A DNA stretch of 20,597 nt from an uncultured virus (IMG/VR IMGVR_UViG_3300028840_004776). Taxonomy: Duplodnaviria > Heunggongvirae > Uroviricota > Caudoviricetes. Made by a program: the position numbers and the translations under genes. The DNA is taken from the IMG/VR virus record IMGVR_UViG_3300028840_004776. One strand, written 5' to 3'. Shown piece by piece: positions 1 through 6,855 of the stretch. The stretch's first letter is position 1; each line of letters starts with the position of its first letter. The notes beneath the pieces were generated by a model that saw only the letters and a list, made by a program, of their open reading frames with translations, did not search any database and was not told where the DNA came from.

Positions 1-428
1 TTTTCTTGATGCACTTGTATTTGTTTTGTGTGTTTAGATTTGTTATTTTCTTTTGGATCTATTTTTGTCGGGAATGATTGTATTGGTGATATTAGAGGTG
101 GCGGAGCTTGTAGAGTTTCTCTGTGTTGTCTTCTTAGTCTGTGTATTTCGTTTCTTGTTTTTGCTAAATCCCTATGATATTTCTTGTTTAATAAGTTATA
201 TTGTTCTTGTAATGCGTTATAATTATTTGCAAAATCTTTTACCAATTCTTTTACATTTTTTACTTCTCCGATTATAAAATCACATGTATTTATATGTGAA
301 TTCATATCAGGTGTATGACTTAATTGAATCATACACTTTTTTGTTGGAATCATTTTGGCTTGATCAATGTGATCGGTGATTGAATTTAGTGTTCCTATAA
401 TCTCTATAATAACTACTTTTTCACTCAT
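1..428 (-). CDS. Hypothetical protein, possible coiled coil (3' end beyond window)
   Basis: Not in ORF track. Hand translation from ATG at 428 (AAGGAG upstream) gives MSEKVVIIEIIGTLNSITDH...NNYNALQEQYNLLNKKYHRDLAKTRNEIHRLRRQH..., open to position 1. Confidence 0.7.
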   Translation of the reverse strand, partial: MSEKVVIIEIIGTLNSITDHIDQAKMIPTKKCMIQLSHTPDMNSHINTCDFIIGEVKNVKELVKDFANNYNALQEQYNLLNKKYHRDLAKTRNEIHRLRRQHRETLQAPPPLISPIQSFPTKIDPKENNKSKHTKQIQVHQE

Positions 429-449
429 TTTTTTTACTCCTTTTTTTGA

Positions 450-716
450 TTAAAATCTATATAATGTTTCTTGTTGATTTGCGAACCAAATTATATAGAT
501 TCCATCACTTGTTTCGCAGATGCATTTGTCTTTGTCTTCATGATACTGTATCGTACCAAAGTTGCATTGAATATTTGGATTATTTTCAGTACAAATATTA
601 ATATTGTGTTGGTAGTATTCATCATAAAGCAATACAACAATAAAAGCAAACAATATTCCAATAATAATCATTGTAAAATACCAAAGACATGATTTTATTT
701 CTTTTATATACATCAT
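450..716 (-). CDS. Small hypothetical membrane protein
   Basis: 88 aa; one hydrophobic segment (FTMIIIGILFAFIVVLLY) then a Cys-containing tail; ATGA overlap with the upstream ORF. Confidence 0.6.
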   Translation of the reverse strand: MMYIKEIKSCLWYFTMIIIGILFAFIVVLLYDEYYQHNINICTENNPNIQCNFGTIQYHEDKDKCICETSDGIYIIWFANQQETLYRF

Positions 717-961
717 ATTTGTTTCATTTTTCTTTGAAGTTTTTTGGTTTCAAGAAAATTTCTTATTATAGTGCATAATTTGTAATTTTTTATTCTTGTA
801 TAATCTTGTAAGTAATCAATAAATATATTCATTTCCTTGGCAATAGTACATGGTGATTTATTGTATTCAATGCATTTTTTATGCACCCATATTGTGGCAT
901 CAATACACGCATCAAGGTCATGAAGTTGGTTTACAACATCAAATTTTGTTGTTCTTGACAT
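713..961 (-). CDS. Hypothetical protein
   Basis: Start reassigned to ATG at 961 (MSRTTKF...) behind AGGAG. Contains LDACIDATIWV, similar to INACNDAIWWV in ORF 1296-1910. Confidence 0.6.
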   Translation of the reverse strand: MSRTTKFDVVNQLHDLDACIDATIWVHKKCIEYNKSPCTIAKEMNIFIDYLQDYTRIKNYKLCTIIRNFLETKKLQRKMKQI

Positions 962-963
962 TT

Positions 964-1290
964 TTACTCCTCTATGAATGTAAAATTTCTGCACCCAATA
1001 ATTTTGTTATTATTATCGCGAACAAGATTATTTGGTACTATAAAATCTGTTCTATTTGAAAATGAAGCAACAACTCTACTAACAATAAAAAGTGTATTTG
1101 GTTCTTTGTTTGGTGTATCAATCAATCCAAGAGATATTGTGGTTACAATATCTATGTCATTTATTGTTCTTACAAAACATTCTTCAAACTCAATACGTGG
1201 AACTTTTCCACATGGTTCTATTGTTTTTACAGAACCATTGCTTAGAAAAACATTAATTTTATGCGGTGTTGCGTTTTTGATTATTGTCAT
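964..1290 (-). CDS. Conserved phage hypothetical protein
   Basis: 108 aa with NATPH, LFIVSRVVA and RTDFIVP..LVRD....IIGC motifs that I recognise from small uncharacterised phage proteins; AGGAG RBS. Confidence 0.75.
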   Translation of the reverse strand: MTIIKNATPHKINVFLSNGSVKTIEPCGKVPRIEFEECFVRTINDIDIVTTISLGLIDTPNKEPNTLFIVSRVVASFSNRTDFIVPNNLVRDNNNKIIGCRNFTFIEE

Positions 1291-1295
1291 TTTCT

Positions 1296-1910
1296 TTACT
1301 CCTCTTCAAGTATTTTGCTAATATCAATGTTGTCTCTAATATAATTAGAAACAATATTATCGTAATTATGTTTCAAACATATCATCTTACCATAATTAAT
1401 AACTTTATTTGCTCTATGTGCAATATTGTCTCTATTGTTTCCTTTTCCTTGATATATTTTAATTATTATTGCTTCATTGAAATTATACAAACATAAAAAT
1501 TTATTTGTTGAATATGTGTATCCGTACAAATCATATAATAATTCTGATACATTAAATGATTTATTTTCTATAATACTTTTTTGGGTCAATTCCATTATTT
1601 GATTCACAATATCTTGTTCTTTTTTTTGTGAATGCAATGTGTGTATTCTAATTATGTGTTGTTCTTCTATAAAATGCGGTAATATATATATTCTAATTAC
1701 ATCATGCAATAACAATAATATACTATCTAAATCAGGGGAATTGTTGATTTTATTTGATGTAACAATCAAGAACCAAATCATCCAATCGGGAAAATTACAC
1801 TTTTCCCATAATTGTTTTGGTGACAAATGTTTTTGGTTTTTAACCCACCAAATAGCATCGTTGCATGCGTTTATTTTTACCAATTGTCTGATTAATTGCT
1901 CTGTGTTCAT
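1296..1910 (-). CDS. Phage hypothetical protein
   Basis: 204 aa; N-terminal AC..AI.W...LW..C...DWMIW pattern typical of uncharacterised phage proteins; ATGA overlap with the upstream gene. Confidence 0.7.
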   Translation of the reverse strand: MNTEQLIRQLVKINACNDAIWWVKNQKHLSPKQLWEKCNFPDWMIWFLIVTSNKINNSPDLDSILLLLHDVIRIYILPHFIEEQHIIRIHTLHSQKKEQDIVNQIMELTQKSIIENKSFNVSELLYDLYGYTYSTNKFLCLYNFNEAIIIKIYQGKGNNRDNIAHRANKVINYGKMICLKHNYDNIVSNYIRDNIDISKILEEE

Positions 1911-2803
1911 CCCATACTCCTTGATAATCGCTTTAAACGGATAGCTGTTTCAAGCTCCGCAACCCATGGATTTTTATGAAATAACTTGTTGTGTTCACGG
2001 ATTAAGATTTCATCATCAATTAGCTGCATTATTGCATTATCGATTGAATCCTGAGAAACACCAAGTTCTGTTTTGAGCACGATTACAAATTGGTCGTATG
2101 CAATAAATGTATTTCCGGATTCTATTGTTTGCTGTTTTATAAATACAATACATCCGGCACGAACACGAAACGGGGAATCAAATTTGATACCTATTTTTTG
2201 AGCAATAAAATCGACGGTCTTCCAACCGAAACCATCAATATCTTCAATCATGCAATATGGGTTGTATTGCAAGGTTTCTTTGGTTTTATCACCATATTTT
2301 TCAACAATTAATTTGATTTGATAATCAGTCAATCGCCATTGTTTTAACCATATAAACAACTCCGAAGAGTCAAAAACTTTTAAATACTTTTGATTGATTT
2401 CTCGGGCCCGGTCTTCCGTAATGCCTTTAATTTCAGTTAGTTTCAAAGGTTCCGTTTTAATTATTTCTAATGTTTTATCTCCGAATTTTTCAACAATCAA
2501 TTCCGCCCGTTGTTTTCCGATATTTGGAAGTTTTGATTCTAAAAAACCTAAAATACCAATATGATCTGTTGGTTCAATAAATTCAAATGAATCTATTTTT
2601 ACTTGATTACCAAATTTCTCATGAAAAACCCAAGTTCCAACAAACTTTATTTCATCTCCGACAGATACCCCAGGCAATGATCCGACAACAACATATTCTC
2701 CCCCATGGTGATCTCGAATAGTAGCTATTGTCCAATGTGCTGAACCTTTGTATCTAATAGATACAATTCCTCCTTGTCCGTTAAATTGTTCTGTATCAGC
2801 CAT
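1907..2803 (-). CDS. RecD2/TraA-family N-terminal region (OB-like plus helix-hairpin-helix) lacking the helicase domain
   Basis: Motifs GTWVFHEKFGNQ, LPNIGKQRAELIVEKFG, LTEIKGI, NPYCMIEDIDGFGWKTVDFIA, DSPFRVRAG match the RecD2 N-terminal half; no Walker A; GGAGG RBS. Confidence 0.85.
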   Translation of the reverse strand: MADTEQFNGQGGIVSIRYKGSAHWTIATIRDHHGGEYVVVGSLPGVSVGDEIKFVGTWVFHEKFGNQVKIDSFEFIEPTDHIGILGFLESKLPNIGKQRAELIVEKFGDKTLEIIKTEPLKLTEIKGITEDRAREINQKYLKVFDSSELFIWLKQWRLTDYQIKLIVEKYGDKTKETLQYNPYCMIEDIDGFGWKTVDFIAQKIGIKFDSPFRVRAGCIVFIKQQTIESGNTFIAYDQFVIVLKTELGVSQDSIDNAIMQLIDDEILIREHNKLFHKNPWVAELETAIRLKRLSRSMG

Positions 2804-2829
2804 AATAACACCTCCAATAAACAGACCCC

Positions 2830-2860
2830 CCCCATGGGGGATACTGAGTCCCCCATGGGG
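2830..2860. promoter_or_regulatory. GC-rich hairpin formed by two CCCCATGGGG palindromes
   Basis: Arms ccccatggggga (2830-2841) and tcccccatgggg (2849-2860) are exact reverse complements with a 7-nt loop; intergenic. Confidence 0.5.
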
Positions 2861-2890
2861 AAGTTTTGTTTTTGTTGTATTTAATCGAGT

Positions 2891-3754
2891 TTAAAACGTA
2901 TTTGGATCAAAATCAGTAGGGTCGCCGACGTATTGTTCTGACTGTTGTTCTTCGTCAATTTCGTCATTTCTTTGAATTGATCTAGATAAATCAAGCTCTT
3001 TCATTTGTTCGTACAGTGCTTTAAATGAAGCTCTTTCATCCGGTTGTGTTGGTGTTAAAGATGAAAAATTTACAACGTAAAATGTTCCGCGTGCATTCGT
3101 TTCTTGTGTCGTTGACAATTCGCATTTTATTCCGTAAAGCGGTGATCTAATTGACCGAACATAAGATAAAAACCTTCTTACGGATTTAATGCTTTTTCCA
3201 TGCAATGTCACGAAAAATGGATATGGAATATCATTCGACAGTTCAAGACCTAACAATGTGTATGTTTTTTTGCATTCCGGCGGTTCATTGTTTGATCCCC
3301 ATTTTGAGCTCGGACAAACCGACATATATTTATTTGGACCAACTTTTTTATGACATGTTTGACAAACAGGATTTTCAATATCTGGATCTGGTGTGATTCT
3401 ATTAGAGCTGCGGCACAACGGCATACCGGTGCGATCATCAGTATCGGAAGATGGCCAAAGTACCATTCCCTTTCGATACAATAAAAATGCACATTGTGCA
3501 CTTTGAACGTAATTTTCAGATAGCGTATCGAGTAGACCACCCGGAGCCCAGCCAGGTTTTAGTTTCGATGATGTTCCTTGAAGGATTTGAAATCTGGGTA
3601 GTATGAGATCATCATCATCCCAGTCCTCGAAACCATCATTGGCATCATCAACGGTTGAATTTTGTTGTGCAATAGAAACATCAACCGTTTCGATTGTTTG
3701 TGTTTCTTCTTGTGTTTCTTCTTGTGTTTCTTTTTTTGTTTTTTTTCGTGCCAT
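2891..3754 (-). CDS. Phage single-stranded DNA-binding-like protein
   Basis: DDLILPRFQILQGTS N-terminal motif, Cys cluster, NARGTFYVVNF, and an acidic tail ending in Phe (DPTDFDPNTF) as in phage SSBs; near a PD-(D/E)XK nuclease. Confidence 0.6.
   Translation of the reverse strand: MARKKTKKETQEETQEETQTIETVDVSIAQQNSTVDDANDGFEDWDDDDLILPRFQILQGTSSKLKPGWAPGGLLDTLSENYVQSAQCAFLLYRKGMVLWPSSDTDDRTGMPLCRSSNRITPDPDIENPVCQTCHKKVGPNKYMSVCPSSKWGSNNEPPECKKTYTLLGLELSNDIPYPFFVTLHGKSIKSVRRFLSYVRSIRSPLYGIKCELSTTQETNARGTFYVVNFSSLTPTQPDERASFKALYEQMKELDLSRSIQRNDEIDEEQQSEQYVGDPTDFDPNTF
3698..3732. repeat. 12-bp tandem repeat x~3 encoding ETQE
   Basis: Unit ttgtgtttcttc at 3698, 3710 and 3722 (last partial). Confidence 0.85.
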
Positions 3755-3839
3755 TATTCCCTCATTTTACTGTTGTGACCCCATAGGCGGCTACACGGCG
3801 GTCCCATGGGTGTATGCGTTATTATTGTATATAAAATAT

Positions 3840-4250
3840 TTATGCAATCAACTTATTTTTTATTTTTGTTTCTTGATAATCAAATTGCAAACTGTTTATT
3901 ATTTTTGTTATTCTAAAATGATTTTCTTCTTTCGTTTTTTTATTAATTATTGTTATGTTATGCATAGAACTGTTATTATTTTGTTTATTGGTATAATATT
4001 TTATATATTGTTCAATAACGTTTTTGGTATTATTGCCAAAGAATATCAATGATTTATTTGGAAATTTCGACGAAAATATTTCAAATAAAAATTCTACGTT
4101 GGGATTTACCAAGTATTGTTGTTTATACTCTAATAAAATTTCTTCTATCCATTCATCAAATGTCATTGTTTTGTTTTTATTATTTTTTACAATTATTCTT
4201 AATAAACAAAACAATATTTGTTGAAATTTTTTCGTCGTTAGTGTTTGCAT
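3840..4250 (-). CDS. Hypothetical protein
   Basis: 136 aa, co-oriented, starts 3 nt after the stop of the pentapeptide gene; no recognisable motif. Confidence 0.55.
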   Translation of the reverse strand: MQTLTTKKFQQILFCLLRIIVKNNKNKTMTFDEWIEEILLEYKQQYLVNPNVEFLFEIFSSKFPNKSLIFFGNNTKNVIEQYIKYYTNKQNNNSSMHNITIINKKTKEENHFRITKIINSLQFDYQETKIKNKLIA

Positions 4251-4253
4251 TCT

Positions 4254-5156
4254 TTAATCCCCTATTGGTTCCAGTAACATCAAACTTGAACATCTTGCTT
4301 TACCATCTGAATTGTATGGAACAATGTTATCGGCTAAATCCTTCCATCGAAGTAAACATTTCCATATTTTCTTACCATTTTCTTTTTTGATCCATTTTAA
4401 CGTGGCATAATTTATTCCGCATCCACATTCTTCGGCTGGGTTTCTATTTACAGTTTCTTCAATGATAAATCCTGGTTGTATTATCCAATTTTTGGGTGGA
4501 TAATACTTGAATTTGGTTTCAAATGCTTTATATACAACAAATCCATCTTTTGTTTCTTCAAAATTTTCTTCCAAGAATTTTATAGAGCTATAAAAGTTTT
4601 TTACTTTGGATAAATTAGTACAGGATAAATCAATATTGGATAAATTAGCATTGGATAAATCGGCATTGGATAAATCGGCACAAGATAAATCAGTATTGGA
4701 TAAATCAGTATTGGATAAATTAGCATTGGATAAATCGGCATAAGATAAATTGGCATAAGATAAATTAGCATTGGATAAATCAGTATTGGATAAATTAGCA
4801 TTGGATAAATCGGCATAAGATAAATTGGCATAAGATAAATTAGCATTGGATAAATTAGTACAGGATAAATTAGTACTGTGTAAATCAGTATTGGATAAAT
4901 TAGCATTGGATAAATCGGCATAAGATAAATCAGCACCGGATAAATTAGTACTGTGTAAATTAGCATAAGATAAATTAGCATTGGATAAATCGGCATAAGA
5001 TAAATTAGCATTGGATAAATCGGCATAAGATAAATTAGCATTGGATAAATCGGCATAAGATAAATTAGCATCGGATAAATTACAACCAGCAAACCATAAT
5101 TTTGATAAATCTTGGTTTGGACCAAGACTATTTAAATCAATGGTACTTTCTCTCAT
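4254..5156 (-). CDS. Pentapeptide repeat protein with C-terminal phage-type domain
   Basis: About 32 consecutive [N/Y/C][A/T][D/N]LS units, then a globular domain (GFVVYKAF...ECGCGINYATLKW...VPYNSDGKARC); AAGGAGG RBS. Confidence 0.93.
   Translation of the reverse strand: MRESTIDLNSLGPNQDLSKLWFAGCNLSDANLSYADLSNANLSYADLSNANLSYADLSNANLSYANLHSTNLSGADLSYADLSNANLSNTDLHSTNLSCTNLSNANLSYANLSYADLSNANLSNTDLSNANLSYANLSYADLSNANLSNTDLSNTDLSCADLSNADLSNANLSNIDLSCTNLSKVKNFYSSIKFLEENFEETKDGFVVYKAFETKFKYYPPKNWIIQPGFIIEETVNRNPAEECGCGINYATLKWIKKENGKKIWKCLLRWKDLADNIVPYNSDGKARCSSLMLLEPIGD
4605..5087. repeat. 15-bp periodic repeat encoding the pentapeptides
   Basis: Recurrent units such as ggataaattagcatt and agataaatcggcata-like variants, with exact longer duplications. 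Confidence 0.9.
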
Positions 5157-5173
5157 TTTTTTCCTCCTTGCTT

Positions 5174-6286
5174 TTATCGAATCTTATCAGCAATAATACC
5201 AAGTTCTTCATGAGCAATATCGAGTTGTTCATAAAAATCCCAGTCATCGTACCAACACAGGGATTTGTATTCACAAACACCGTACGGTCCAATACAATGC
5301 GTGCCACGCGGGGCGGGATACCCATGGGTATCATAGAATTTGATCAGCCTAGACGTGTTCCAAGCTAACTCAAGGGCATTTATGATATTTGCTTCCGATA
5401 CAGGAATGATGTATCGCCCAAAAAATCTGCTTTGTTCTTTTGTGTATAATTCAATACACCGATTGTAATATTGAAGTGGTGTTTCATCATTTGCCCTAGA
5501 TCGTTTTCCTGTTGTTGATTTGGTTTTTTTCAATGGTTTGATTGATGGTTTTCTTATGATATCCAATACAGTAAATTGTGGATATCGTTTATCATGTTGT
5601 CCCTCCATGAACTGATACAAAGGCATTTGAATGCCAAATTCCAAGTTTTCAATAATTGTAGAAAACTCCATGGAGGTTGTCTTCAATTCCCATGAAACCG
5701 TTTTGTGACACTTTTTATGAATACCTTCACCATCACTTTTTCCAGCAATTGCAAATGATTTCGATAATCTAAGAGTTTTGGGGTTTACGAGATGCATTGG
5801 TCCTAAAACTCTTTCAAAGTATTTGAAATCAATTTCTTTATCTATTGTTTTGTTTGTAAAATTGGTTTCATGGTATATACTGTTATATATTTTCACCATT
5901 GCTCTTGCTTTTATGAGATCAAACCTTGCGTATTGTTTAATCTTATCAAGATCTTCTTCTGGTAGTAATTTTTCTAATTTATTGATAATATCTTTGAATG
6001 TTTCTACGACTTTAAGAATTGCAAACTCAAGCGAATGTCCACTTTTTAGAAAATCAAGTGCTAGATGTACCGCACTTCCAATTGTTGTTGCAGCATTGTA
6101 TTTTATTGGATATATTGCTTTGTTATATGACAAATCATATTTTTTTGGACATATATAAAATGTATTTATAGAGGAATTAGTAAGCACTCTTTTTGGGATA
6201 TTCTCTGTCCAAAGACAATCAATATAAAATATTGATTTTTTTTGCTTGTTTTTTTCTTTTGATTGTTGTATATTATTTTTATTCAT
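5174..6286 (-). CDS. PD-(D/E)XK superfamily nuclease (RecB/Cas4-like phage exonuclease)
   Basis: LTNSSINTFYICPKKY, IGSAVH, IAGKSDG, WELKTT, QMPLY and C-terminal C......CEYKSLC (one plus three Cys pattern of the Fe-S staple). Confidence 0.85.
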   Translation of the reverse strand: MNKNNIQQSKEKNKQKKSIFYIDCLWTENIPKRVLTNSSINTFYICPKKYDLSYNKAIYPIKYNAATTIGSAVHLALDFLKSGHSLEFAILKVVETFKDIINKLEKLLPEEDLDKIKQYARFDLIKARAMVKIYNSIYHETNFTNKTIDKEIDFKYFERVLGPMHLVNPKTLRLSKSFAIAGKSDGEGIHKKCHKTVSWELKTTSMEFSTIIENLEFGIQMPLYQFMEGQHDKRYPQFTVLDIIRKPSIKPLKKTKSTTGKRSRANDETPLQYYNRCIELYTKEQSRFFGRYIIPVSEANIINALELAWNTSRLIKFYDTHGYPAPRGTHCIGPYGVCEYKSLCWYDDWDFYEQLDIAHEELGIIADKIR

Positions 6287-6334
6287 TTTTTGATCCTTGT
6301 TTGATCCTTATTTGTATTTTTTTTTATGTATCAT

Positions 6335-6352
6335 GGCTCCCCCGGGGGAGCC
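6335..6352. promoter_or_regulatory. Perfect 18-bp GC-rich palindrome
   Basis: ggctcccccgggggagcc is its own reverse complement; intergenic between 6286 and 6366. Confidence 0.55.
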
Positions 6353-6365
6353 TATTTATTTCGGC

Positions 6366-6758
6366 TTATTCTCTCAATAAATCACATACTTCAATTCCAG
6401 TTATTTCAGATAATAAAACCAGGGATTTCAAAGAAATCCCTGATTTGTTACCTAACAAGCCATATATATTAACTATTTTAATATTATTATTAAATTTATT
6501 ATTATATTTTTTGATTTCTATTTTTAGAGTGGTGTCATTTTTAATTAATTTTAATTTGATATTTTTTTTAATAATTAATTTGTGTTTATTTGTGATGCGC
6601 TCAATTCGAGCATCATCACGATTCAAAGTGCTCATTTGCATACCTTGTCTGACTATATCTCTAAATTGTAAAGATTTTTTTGATTCAGTCAAGATTTTTT
6701 TTGATTCAGTCATGAAAAAAATTTCTTTTGATTTCTTACATAAATAATGTATACTCAT
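6366..6758 (-). CDS. Hypothetical basic protein, possible Cro/C1-type HTH regulator
   Basis: C-terminus GISLKSLVLLSEITGIEVCDLL resembles the end of XRE-family HTH domains; divergent from the primase gene; start uncertain. Confidence 0.45.
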   Translation of the reverse strand: MSIHYLCKKSKEIFFMTESKKILTESKKSLQFRDIVRQGMQMSTLNRDDARIERITNKHKLIIKKNIKLKLIKNDTTLKIEIKKYNNKFNNNIKIVNIYGLLGNKSGISLKSLVLLSEITGIEVCDLLRE

Positions 6759-6786
6759 GAAAGCTTATGTGCTCTATAAACGAAAC

Positions 6787-6825
6787 AAAAAAAAAAAAAA
6801 AAAACGCGGATTGTAGATCCGCGTT
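6787..6825 (-). terminator. Intrinsic terminator-like hairpin
   Basis: Stem cgcggat (6805-6811) / atccgcg (6817-6823), 5-nt loop, followed on the minus strand by an 18-nt T run (A run 6787-6804 on plus). Confidence 0.7.
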
Positions 6826-6855
6826 AAAAAAAATTGATTGGAGGTCTTTTGATAT

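Noticed and set aside
4601..5125. 174-aa MLIYP-repeat ORF
   Set aside because: Frame shadow of the pentapeptide repeat gene.
5174..6286. Cas4 as part of a CRISPR-Cas system
   Set aside because: No cas1, cas2 or array nearby; stand-alone PD-(D/E)XK nucleases near SSB genes are normal phage recombination genes.
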